NCBI GenBank assembly: GCA_024401355.1 | Contig: JAKSLF010000006.1 | Coordinates: 27,096 to 91,095, forward strand | DNA from: Bacteroidales bacterium | Lineage (GTDB): Bacteria > Bacteroidota > Bacteroidia > Bacteroidales > Marinilabiliaceae | Direction: 5' to 3' | DNA: 64,000 nucleotides | Shown: one piece after another, positions 10,347 to 18,332 of the stretch | How positions within the stretch are numbered: position 1 is the first letter of the stretch | Layout: every line of letters starts with the position of its first letter | Position numbers and translations under genes: made by a program | The notes under the pieces: generated by a model | Databases searched by the model: none | What the model was told of the DNA's origin: nothing | The model's input: only the letters and a program-made list of their open reading frames with translations

Positions 10347-11174
10347 ATGAATAGCGACAGAATAATAAAAGTTCTCGAATGGCGTCCGCAGATATCGGTC
10401 AGTTCGGACAATACATACGATCCGGATGACAGGAAGGATCTGGAGGAATGCATGCTGGACGTGTTCAGACAGTTTTGCGAATTCAAGAAGAAGAAATACA
10501 ACCTGACGCTCAGTACATCACTCGACACACAGGAGCTGGGGGATATGGATGTGGCTATACTGATTTGTTCGATAGAAAAAGCCTTTGGAGTCGAAATACC
10601 GCATGATGAATTGGCAAGTATGGATACCTTCAATGACATTGCAACTTATATAAACGACTATCACAAAAACAAAACGTTTGTGATAAACATAAAAACCAAA
10701 GAAGACAAGAAAAAAGAGCAACAGTCACAAAAGCCTTGTCAGATCGAAACAGGTATAGGATGCTGGGGGGTATTTGTTCTTGGTTTCGCATGGTTAGCAA
10801 TTATAATGATATTTTACGTCCTGGAAGAATGTTTCGTAACAGATTCTGAATATCTTACATTGACAGGATTTGCCTGTTCGTTAATAGGCGTGTTTCTATT
10901 ATATGGGCATTTAAAACGGATATGCATTAAAAATAAGGGGAATCAAATTGTTATCACATCTCAACAGCAGTTTTGGGTAAAAGGAATAGCGAAAATAATC
11001 ATTGTTATTTTTTCATGGCTGTTGCCTGTTTGTATCTCTTTTTGCGTGTTGACGTTTCTACATTTGCCAGAGCATTTTTGGGGCCTGAGTTTTTGTGTAG
11101 GAGCATTAACTTCCTATCTTGTATATTTGTTCATTGAACGCAAAAAGGGGAATGATTTGAACGATATATTATAA
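10347..11174 (+). CDS. Hypothetical fusion of an ACP-like (PP-binding fold) domain lacking the carrier serine, a K-rich linker and 4 TM helices
   Basis: LGDMDVAILICSIEKAFGVEIPHDELASMDTFNDIATYI aligns without gaps to the ACP core DSLDtvELvmalEeeFgiEIPdee...yI. Asp66 (nt 10542-10544) occupies the phosphopantetheinyl-Ser position. Four hydrophobic helices span aa 135-260. Confidence 0.55.
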   Translation: MNSDRIIKVLEWRPQISVSSDNTYDPDDRKDLEECMLDVFRQFCEFKKKKYNLTLSTSLDTQELGDMDVAILICSIEKAFGVEIPHDELASMDTFNDIATYINDYHKNKTFVINIKTKEDKKKEQQSQKPCQIETGIGCWGVFVLGFAWLAIIMIFYVLEECFVTDSEYLTLTGFACSLIGVFLLYGHLKRICIKNKGNQIVITSQQQFWVKGIAKIIIVIFSWLLPVCISFCVLTFLHLPEHFWGLSFCVGALTSYLVYLFIERKKGNDLNDIL

Positions 11175-11175
11175 C

Positions 11176-11230
11176 GTCAGACCGCTGTCAGACAATTGTC
11201 CGGCAGCGGTTTGACATATATTTTTCTTTC
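11176..11230 (+). terminator. Hairpin terminator between the convergent genes 10347-11174 (+) and 11231-12436 (-)
   Basis: A 12-bp stem (11176-11187 / 11204-11215) with one G-U wobble that only works on the plus strand, followed by a T-rich tract. Confidence 0.55.
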
Positions 11231-12436
11231 TCAATACATCATGCCGAACATCCACAATGGTATTTTGTTGTGATGACCGGTTTCTATGTCGTCGATAGCT
11301 AGGTAGCTGTCGGCAACGTCTTTTATCTGGTTGAAGGTTTTGTTTTTGCCTCCGACTTCGAAGAGGTATTTATTGTCAACCAGGAAGTCGCCCTTGGCAG
11401 GAAGAGTTATTCTGCCAACTGCCGAAAGCTGATTATAGAAGAATGTCTCGCGCAATGTGCCAATGTTTATCTCTGGAGTCAGGGCGTACATCAATGTCGG
11501 ATTTCCAGGCAATATCTTGCTTGGTTTTGACATTTGTCCAAAGTTACGGATATTACTATGAAGCAATGCGATGAGTCCGGCTCTTTCGAGAATGTCGAGC
11601 ATTTTCAAGCCCTGCTCGCGATTGGTCTCTATCTCGCGATATAACTCGGTCATATTAGGCGTCTGCGGCACTCTCTCAGAGAGAATCATAAGCATCTTAC
11701 TAATTTTCTGGATGGTCGGGTATGTCATATCCTCAATTGACGGCATATCTTCGTTGAGTATCTGTCGCACTACTGCCTGTAGTCTCATATCAAAGCCAGA
11801 TGCATCTTTCTTGTAGAATGGATAAAAGCCATATTTCAAATATTTGCCGAACAATGGCAGTATCTTTACTCCGTCACAGATGCGTGCCGAAATATCAGCA
11901 TGATTAGCTAAGACCTCATTGAGCGAAATGGCTTTTTCTGAACGTACGCCCTCAAACTCGAGAAATTCACGGAAAGACATACCGTTGAGAGTATAGACTA
12001 TCTGTCGGCGCGAAAGATCGCCTTCGCTATAGTCTATCTTGAGCATAGACGAACCTGTGTACACAATGTGCAGGTCGGGGTATTCGTCTGCTATGTTCTT
12101 TATGACGGTCTGCCAATGGTTGTACTTGTGCACCTCGTCGATGAAGATATGAGTACCGCCATGATTGTAGTGGTATTCGACAACATCCGTCAGCGAATGG
12201 GACATAAACCATAGATTGTCCAATGAGACATACAGCGCAGACGAATCCATGCTGAAAGTCTCCTTTATGTGCTGCAACAACATAGTGGTCTTCCCAACTC
12301 CACGCTGACCTTTTATGGCTATCAGATTACTGTCCCAATCGATTCGGTCAGTTAGATAACGCTTGAATGTGGTCGTTGTGAGCTTTATTAGTCTCTGCGA
12401 TGTCGCGTATAGTGAGTCTATGTTCTTGTCTTCCAT
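11231..12436 (-). CDS. AAA+ ATPase of the COG1373 type (AAA domain plus a DUF4143-like C-terminal domain)
   Basis: Walker A GQRGVGKTT, Walker B IFIDEVHK and a length and C-terminal region typical of DUF4143 ATPases. Confidence 0.85.
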   Translation of the reverse strand: MEDKNIDSLYATSQRLIKLTTTTFKRYLTDRIDWDSNLIAIKGQRGVGKTTMLLQHIKETFSMDSSALYVSLDNLWFMSHSLTDVVEYHYNHGGTHIFIDEVHKYNHWQTVIKNIADEYPDLHIVYTGSSMLKIDYSEGDLSRRQIVYTLNGMSFREFLEFEGVRSEKAISLNEVLANHADISARICDGVKILPLFGKYLKYGFYPFYKKDASGFDMRLQAVVRQILNEDMPSIEDMTYPTIQKISKMLMILSERVPQTPNMTELYREIETNREQGLKMLDILERAGLIALLHSNIRNFGQMSKPSKILPGNPTLMYALTPEINIGTLRETFFYNQLSAVGRITLPAKGDFLVDNKYLFEVGGKNKTFNQIKDVADSYLAIDDIETGHHNKIPLWMFGMMY

Positions 12437-12463
12437 GGCTTAATGCATTGTTTGTAGATGCTG

Positions 12464-12471
12464 CAAATATA
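12464..12471 (-). promoter_or_regulatory. Candidate Bacteroidetes -7 box (TATATTTG) for the ATPase gene
   Basis: The reverse complement of 12464-12471 is TATATTTG (TAnnTTTG consensus), 28 nt upstream of the ATG at 12436. Confidence 0.4.
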
Positions 12472-12472
12472 G

Positions 12473-12566
12473 CAAAAAAAGACGTTGAAAGATTGTTTTT
12501 GGGCAAAAAAAAGACGTTGGAAGATTGTTTTTGAAGCTAAAAAAGACTTTCCAAGATTGTTTTTTA
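12473..12566. repeat. Tandem direct repeat, 3 copies of a 32-bp unit
   Basis: Anchor GACGTTGAAAGATTGTTTTT at 12481, with variants at 12513 and 12545, giving an exact 32-nt period. The copies are joined by A-runs with no unique spacers. The array lies between the HNH-nuclease stop and the ATPase promoter. Confidence 0.85.
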
Positions 12567-13727
12567 CCTGTTTCCTTTGGCTCTGTTATGTGTTTGGCAG
12601 AGCATTTCGCAGTTCTTTATGTCGGTTGCGCCACCTTTGCTCCACGCTGTTACGTGGTCAGCATCCATCTCGTTAATCTTCCATATCTTTGTCTTGTTTG
12701 CATTGTTGCCTTGGGCACATAGTGGACAGTTGGAATGTCCTGTCGTCTCTGCTGCTTTTGTCTGCTTGTTGTAGACTAAACGCTTTGTCGCTTCATCGAA
12801 GACACGTACATCGAGAAGTTTAGTGTCGGTTTCACCTCCGAGTATAAACTCAAATACGCCTTTGCGGTTCTTCACGTATGGGTCGGCATAGAGGTCTTTT
12901 ACACGCTGAGCTATTGTTTCTACGCTATATGGTTGCTTGTGGTACGCTTCATAGAGTCGGCCCCATTCCAGACCACACATCTCTTTCTCTACCATGCTGA
13001 AAGTCGACGACACCCAGTCTATGACCGAAGTGAAGTAGTTTTTCAGTTCGTTTATGTTGTCGTCGTAGCGGTGCAGACTCATATAATCGCCAATGTTGTT
13101 ACGGCTCACCCATTCGAGTGCGGTGTGAAGATAGTCCTGACGATTGACAGCACCTGAAATATATGCGCTCCATTTCTGCACGTTGGCGTTCTGCGAGTTA
13201 GAGAATTCCTCTTTGGCTTTGGTTACGAACGGACCGCTATATACAGCATTGAGCAACTCCTGCTCTTTAAGAGGTACGCCCGCAATGTTGATAGTCTTGA
13301 ACCACTCTTTTATCTCGCTCTCTTCGCCCTCGCAGATGTAGATGAGCAGCGGGGTCTTGTTTATCAATTCCTGTTTGTCGGCAGGCAGACTTGAGAAGTA
13401 TTGCGGAGTGTTTGACGTGTCGTTTATGGCGAACTTGCCTGTTACGTAACGACCGAAAGAGGTGATGCGTTGCTGTCCATCGAGCACCTCGTACTTACCT
13501 TCGGCCACTTGATTGAAGTATATGATGCCAAGAGGATATCCCTTGAGGATAGAGTCGATGACAGCCACATCGCGCTTGCCGTCGGCATAGATATAGTTGC
13601 GCTGATACTCCGGCTGGATAGTCAGCTTGCCGTCGAGACCGAAAAGTCCTTTGCCCTCAAGTTCGTTATATACAAAGCCTTTGCAGATGTCGGCTATTGT
13701 TATGTCGGTGCGTAGTGTCGTTTTCAT
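12564..13727 (-). CDS. DUF262 (ParB/GmrS-like) domain fused to a C-terminal HNH endonuclease
   Basis: DUF262 motifs [11 protein letters not shown] and LDGQQRITS. The C-terminus reads CPLC...[12 protein letters not shown]...N...LC..HNRAKGN (Cys-rich HNH). The chosen start is MKTTLR at 13727, 4 nt after the methylase stop. The longer listed ORF (to 13811) would overlap the methylase. Confidence 0.85.
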   Translation of the reverse strand: MKTTLRTDITIADICKGFVYNELEGKGLFGLDGKLTIQPEYQRNYIYADGKRDVAVIDSILKGYPLGIIYFNQVAEGKYEVLDGQQRITSFGRYVTGKFAINDTSNTPQYFSSLPADKQELINKTPLLIYICEGEESEIKEWFKTINIAGVPLKEQELLNAVYSGPFVTKAKEEFSNSQNANVQKWSAYISGAVNRQDYLHTALEWVSRNNIGDYMSLHRYDDNINELKNYFTSVIDWVSSTFSMVEKEMCGLEWGRLYEAYHKQPYSVETIAQRVKDLYADPYVKNRKGVFEFILGGETDTKLLDVRVFDEATKRLVYNKQTKAAETTGHSNCPLCAQGNNANKTKIWKINEMDADHVTAWSKGGATDIKNCEMLCQTHNRAKGNR

Positions 13728-13731
13728 AGTT

Positions 13732-14814
13732 TTATTGTTTTTTGCGGATGAGGATACGTCGATATGGCAAAATTGGATTTCCCTCATTGTCCAAATAGTA
13801 TAGATCGCCATTTCGAAGGCCCTTGTTCAGTTTTTTTAGATACTTAGGAAATGGGGTGAGTCCAATCTCTAGTCCATAGTCTCCATGTGGGTGCCCTATT
13901 ATTTCAAATTGTTCAGGACAATATTTGTCTAGAAATGTTATAGGCACTCCCATGTTTCCTTCAAAATCACTCGGTATGGCATCTGTATAAGGTATGTCAA
14001 TAGCATCGTAATTTTCATAGTGTCTATAATTTTTCCCACGGATTTCGTCGTGCTTGCTGAATTTGATGTTATCGGCCATTGTCATGAGTTGTATAGGTTG
14101 ATGACGGCGGCCGTGGTCGAGATTGGTGAACCAATTAGTGTTTCCCATCTTTTGCGATTCTCCGTTAGGCCTTTTGTATTCTTTTACTCCTGATACAATA
14201 CCAAGCCATATTTTATTTTGTTTTATCAGCGGGAAAATTTCTTTGTAAGAAATGGCATTCATATTCCCTAAAATTAAAAAGCTCTTCTCCGCTTCCATTA
14301 TCCACGCCATAAACTCCCTAAATAATGAGAATGGCGGATTTGTCACAATAACATCTGCTTCGTCACGTAGTTTTTTCACCTCGGGGCTACGGAAGTCTCC
14401 ATCACCTTCCATGTAGTTCCATTCGAGGTCGTCGATATCTATTTTTCCGTTTTGATTTGTGTCGTGGTCGAGGATGAATATCTTGCCCTTCACCCTGCTT
14501 TTGTCGGCATTGAATATCGGATTTTCAGTTTCAAAGAGTGTCGGTTGCCAGTCGCTCTTGTAGTTCTTGCTCTCTATGGCATAGCTTGTGGAGATGAGCT
14601 TCTTGAGCCCGAAGTTCTCAAAGTTCTGAGCAAAGAACTTTGTGAAGTTGCTCCATTCAGGATCATCGCATGGCAACAGGACAGTCTTGCCACGGAACAC
14701 ATCGGGATTATATTCGAGGTAGGCGTTCACCTCCTTCTGTATGTCGGCATACTGAGTGTAGAACTCGTCGTTCTTGGCATTCTTGGCGCTACTCAGATTC
14801 TCGTTCTTGGCCAT
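13732..14814 (-). CDS. EcoRI-methylase-family N6-adenine DNA methyltransferase
   Basis: The N-terminus [21 protein letters not shown]...[30 protein letters not shown] closely follows my recollection of the M.EcoRI N-terminus. The catalytic motif IV is TNPPF. Confidence 0.88.
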   Translation of the reverse strand: MAKNENLSSAKNAKNDEFYTQYADIQKEVNAYLEYNPDVFRGKTVLLPCDDPEWSNFTKFFAQNFENFGLKKLISTSYAIESKNYKSDWQPTLFETENPIFNADKSRVKGKIFILDHDTNQNGKIDIDDLEWNYMEGDGDFRSPEVKKLRDEADVIVTNPPFSLFREFMAWIMEAEKSFLILGNMNAISYKEIFPLIKQNKIWLGIVSGVKEYKRPNGESQKMGNTNWFTNLDHGRRHQPIQLMTMADNIKFSKHDEIRGKNYRHYENYDAIDIPYTDAIPSDFEGNMGVPITFLDKYCPEQFEIIGHPHGDYGLEIGLTPFPKYLKKLNKGLRNGDLYYLDNEGNPILPYRRILIRKKQ

Positions 14815-14818
14815 AGTA

Positions 14819-15050
14819 AACGATAGTTAGTGCATCACACTATCGTTCACTCCAGGGATAAAAAGAAAGGCGTGAGCCATTCTACCGCGTTCACGAGGAG
14901 CCTAGGAAGAACCCCGCTATGTCTCATAGATAGCCCACACCATACGGTGCGAGCATTAACAAATATGAGACATAACGAGCAATCACCCCAAGAGATGCTA
15001 CTCGTGAATTAGCTTATCCCGATGTTCTTGAAAACAACAGTTTCCTAGGC
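14819..15050 (-). promoter_or_regulatory. Highly structured 5' leader or candidate cis-regulatory RNA upstream of the methylase/nuclease operon
   Basis: A closing helix GCCTAGGAA/TTCCTAGGC (15050-15042 with 14908-14900) encloses two hairpins: 15005-14999/14981-14975, and 14973-14964/14928-14919 with an inner 6-bp stem. Two further hairpins follow (14895-14891/14875-14871, and 14847-14839/14827-14819 ending 5 nt before the ATG). Two positions are G-U wobbles on the minus strand but A-C mismatches on the plus strand. Confidence 0.45.
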
Positions 15051-15134
15051 TTTTGTTTCGAACGCGAATAATAGCTAATGCTGTATGTTATGTAATAAAT
15101 GTTCGTTGTAACCAAGCCTTATGGCGTGGCATCA

Positions 15135-15142
15135 CAAAGGTA
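15135..15142 (-). promoter_or_regulatory. Candidate -7 box (TACCTTTG) driving the leader and methylase operon
   Basis: The reverse complement of 15135-15142 is TACCTTTG (TAnnTTTG). It would give a leader of about 310 nt before the ATG at 14814. Confidence 0.35.
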
Positions 15143-15189
15143 GGAAGAAAAGTAGAGAGAATGAAGCAGAGAGTGAAAAAAATCAATGG

Positions 15190-15513
15190 TTAGTGTTGTA
15201 AGTCGAGTTTGTCGCCGTAGCGTTCGGCTAGGGCGGTGCCGTCGACACCTTCGAGGTCGCCTAATATTTTGAGGGCATCTCGTCGGCAGTTGCCACAGAC
15301 CAGGGTGTCGGCTGTGAAGCCAGCGCATACCTTGGGGCGGTCGGGTGAGGTGAAGATGCCGCAGAGGCCATCTTCGGTGAGGTGAATGCATGGCGTGCCA
15401 CCTGGTTTTCCGTTGGGCATTCCTGGAATCTTGGATGAGATGCTTGGTGCTATGCAGCAGGCTCCGCATCCGGCTCTGCATTCGAAGAAGTGGCTTTCTT
15501 GTGTGTCGGTCAT
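15190..15513 (-). CDS. YkgJ-family cysteine-cluster protein
   Basis: 107 aa with a CRAGCGACC cluster and further conserved Cys residues (TPCIHL, GLCGIF, KVCAGF). Confidence 0.8.
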   Translation of the reverse strand: MTDTQESHFFECRAGCGACCIAPSISSKIPGMPNGKPGGTPCIHLTEDGLCGIFTSPDRPKVCAGFTADTLVCGNCRRDALKILGDLEGVDGTALAERYGDKLDLQH

Positions 15514-15521
15514 GTCGTTAT

Positions 15522-18332
15522 TTATTTATCGTTTGACAAATCGTATTTTAGGAGAGTGACAGGTCCACGGAGTCCGCAGTCGACAGTTTTCCAAAGGCTG
15601 TAGTCGTTGGAATTGTAGTCGATATTGGTCATGTTGACATTCTTGAACTTGCGCCAAGGGATGTGTTCTCTATCCATTTGTGATATACGGTTGGCAGGAA
15701 GTCCAGTCACCTCTATCTCGATGAGGTTATTGCCTTTCTTGAGAAGTCGGTCGATGTTGCAACGGAATGGTACAGACCAAAGAGTGGTCAGGTATTGGCC
15801 GTTGATCTTGATTCTTGCTGTTTCTCGAACATCGCCAAGGTCGATGCCCCATTGTGTATTGTCGACATCGTCGATATTGACAATGGTTGAATAGACAGCC
15901 GTTCCCATATTGGTTTTCAGGCGAGGGTCGTCGATGTCGGTCCACAGACATAGATTGTTAATGTGGAATGTATCGGCAATGGCAGGAGTGCTTTCGGAAA
16001 AATGGAGCATCCATTGACCATTTATGGCAGTCCTTTTTATATTATGTGGTTTGTATTGCCAAGCTTCGGCATCGACATCGATAGAGTTGAACGTTCTAAG
16101 GATAATGGATTCGCCGGAGGCCAGTTGCAGTCGTATGTGAGTGACATCGTCGGAATTGTCGATAGAACTGACCTTACCCTTTTGTCCTGTAAGTGGGTCG
16201 AAGAACATGGCAGACTTGGCATTGACAGCAAGCTTTATGTTGTCGTCGACATCGTAGGGGGTGAGGTTGGAGATGAAATAGTGGTAGCCTTCGTTGTTTT
16301 TGCGTCTGACGAACTGGATGCAATGAATTGTTTTCATACGTTCTGGCACGACATTGGCGGCTTCGAGTAACTTGCTATAGTTGGTGCCGGTGATGATACG
16401 TCCGAAGCCGAGCTTAGAGGTCGCAGTTTCCGTAAAATCGTCGGGTGGCAATTGAGTCAGGGCTTCGACAAGTTGTTTCTTGTTGGCTTTGACATTGCTC
16501 AGGCCAGGGACATTTTGTGGGTATTTGTCGGCGAATATTATAGTAGCGCCCAGTTCGGCCAGAGAGATGATATGTTTCATGACATTGGCAGGCATGAACT
16601 TAGCATTGGGGATGACCAGTGCTTTGTATTCGGCGCCGCCTTGCATAATAATGTTGCCGTCGTGAGAGACAGATGCGTTCAGGATGAAATTGTCGGAAGT
16701 GTAGTCGACATCGTATCCGGCTTCGTTGATGAGATTGATGACCTTGGCGAAATCGGGAGCTCGTAGGCTCATGCGATGGATATCCATAGGCAGGAGCGTC
16801 TTGTTCTGGTTGTACCAGATATCATATATAGGAAGATAGACAAGGAAATCGTTGTCGGGTGTTCCCATCTGAAGGAAAGACTGGCTGCGTTCGATATATT
16901 GGAACATATTCTTGGCGTCGGTCCACATAGGATTGGTAGGTCCCATGTCGGCGGTAGCATAGAACTGCCATCCTGGCCATGGATCATTGACAGGCGAATA
17001 GGTGATGCCATGTAGATAAATGCGGTTGACGCCAGAGACGAAGAAGAGATCGATTTCGGGCTTGCATTGGGAGAGACTTGTCCGGAAATGTTCGGTAAGC
17101 CAAGTGAACGATTCGGAGCTGACGTATTTCTTGCCAGAGATGTGAGCAGCAGAAGAAGCGTACTTCAGCATTGACAAGTCGGAGTGGTTGATGTGAGTCA
17201 GAGAATCCTTGCGGAGGCCCTTGATGCCGAAATCGCTAATGCCGAAACCTTCACATTCGGGAATGTCGACAGCAGCGTATATATCGATGAGGTTGGCAGG
17301 AGAGCCATGTGCCTGATTGCGTGTTGTGCTGTTGAGCGAGTGAGCCCATGCGGTCCATGTGGAAGTGAAATTGTCGTGTAGCAAATCGGAGATAGTCTCG
17401 CAGTAGTCGCTTTTGAGTCGTGCGACAGAATCGCTGACCTCCTTGGAGAAGAGGAGAGGGAGATGATTCTCGAGTCGGTATCCGCGACGGCTGTAGAACT
17501 CATCGAAAAAGTGGGGAGTGATATCGGCATTGTATACCTCATAGGAGTCGTTGAAGAAATTGTTGGGTGCTGGGGCGTTGTTTTCAGCAAATGCGGAAGA
17601 AAAAGTATTGAGGTAGTGGCTGACAGCATCCTTGGAAAAATGGTCGATGACAAGTCCGTCGGCCTGAGCTCTTTTTACCCATTGGTAAGTGTGTCCGTTG
17701 AAAACGGCGTAGAGAGTCCATGAGCCACGAGGAGCGGTCCAATGGAGAATGCGAGTGGAGTCGACCTTATTGGTGAGGTCGACAACGTCGGGAGTGTTGT
17801 CGTTGTAAGCCATCAACTTGAGGAGCTGGGCCTCTCTTTGTCCGTGCCATGTTACAGCGACGACAGAATCGGACAGAGTTTGATTGCCATTAAGATGGTA
17901 GACCTCGACGAGCATACGACCGGCAGCATCGTTGAGGGGAACTTCTGGTCCGCCGAAAGGCCATCCGGAACCGGTGTTAAGGTCGATGAGCATGCCATTC
18001 TTTTGTGCTTCGGAAGTGGCGTAATTGTACATTTTCATCCACTTGTCGCTAAGGAACGGAATATCGTTGGCCTCGTTGCCTTGTACACCATATATAGGGC
18101 TTATTTCCAAAGTGCCGATACCTGCATCGGCATACTGCTTGATGAGTTGTTTCAGGTTGGTAGAATCGACAGCGCTGCCCATCCACCACCAACGGCTGCC
18201 TGGCTTGGCGTAGACAGAAGAGTTAGGCCATTCGGTAAGGGCACTATTATCGTTGCTGCAAGCAGTTGCCGCAGCAAAGAGGCATATCAAGGAAATGAGG
18301 TTTAGGAGATATGTGTTGGTGGAGTGTCGCAT
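15522..18332 (-). CDS. Large secreted glycoside hydrolase, GH106-like (alpha-L-rhamnosidase-type) lipoprotein
   Basis: The N-terminus after the lipobox (AATAC) reads [14 protein letters not shown]...[12 protein letters not shown]...GSGWPFGGP, typical of this Bacteroidetes family. The start chosen at 18332 (MRHSTN...) gives a TAATG overlap with the upstream stop. The listed ORF extends to 18356. Confidence 0.75.
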   Translation of the reverse strand: MRHSTNTYLLNLISLICLFAAATACSNDNSALTEWPNSSVYAKPGSRWWWMGSAVDSTNLKQLIKQYADAGIGTLEISPIYGVQGNEANDIPFLSDKWMKMYNYATSEAQKNGMLIDLNTGSGWPFGGPEVPLNDAAGRMLVEVYHLNGNQTLSDSVVAVTWHGQREAQLLKLMAYNDNTPDVVDLTNKVDSTRILHWTAPRGSWTLYAVFNGHTYQWVKRAQADGLVIDHFSKDAVSHYLNTFSSAFAENNAPAPNNFFNDSYEVYNADITPHFFDEFYSRRGYRLENHLPLLFSKEVSDSVARLKSDYCETISDLLHDNFTSTWTAWAHSLNSTTRNQAHGSPANLIDIYAAVDIPECEGFGISDFGIKGLRKDSLTHINHSDLSMLKYASSAAHISGKKYVSSESFTWLTEHFRTSLSQCKPEIDLFFVSGVNRIYLHGITYSPVNDPWPGWQFYATADMGPTNPMWTDAKNMFQYIERSQSFLQMGTPDNDFLVYLPIYDIWYNQNKTLLPMDIHRMSLRAPDFAKVINLINEAGYDVDYTSDNFILNASVSHDGNIIMQGGAEYKALVIPNAKFMPANVMKHIISLAELGATIIFADKYPQNVPGLSNVKANKKQLVEALTQLPPDDFTETATSKLGFGRIITGTNYSKLLEAANVVPERMKTIHCIQFVRRKNNEGYHYFISNLTPYDVDDNIKLAVNAKSAMFFDPLTGQKGKVSSIDNSDDVTHIRLQLASGESIILRTFNSIDVDAEAWQYKPHNIKRTAINGQWMLHFSESTPAIADTFHINNLCLWTDIDDPRLKTNMGTAVYSTIVNIDDVDNTQWGIDLGDVRETARIKINGQYLTTLWSVPFRCNIDRLLKKGNNLIEIEVTGLPANRISQMDREHIPWRKFKNVNMTNIDYNSNDYSLWKTVDCGLRGPVTLLKYDLSNDK

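Noticed and set aside
12564-13811. A longer form of the DUF262-HNH ORF starting at 13811.
   Set aside because: The extra 28 codons would overlap the methylase 3' end and add a non-conserved hydrophobic peptide. MKTTLR at 13727 sits 4 nt after the methylase stop and directly precedes the DUF262 core.
14830-15012. A 60-aa plus-strand ORF in the methylase upstream region.
   Set aside because: It has no promoter or plausible start context, it runs antisense through the paired helices of the structured leader, and its translation looks random.
14815-15189. Whether the region encodes a known housekeeping RNA (RNase P RNA, tmRNA, SRP/4.5S or 6S RNA).
   Set aside because: Hallmark motifs such as GAGGAAAGTCC, the tRNA-like end with GGTTCGA...CCA, or the SRP GGAA tetraloop helix were not seen on either strand. 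This was a visual check only.
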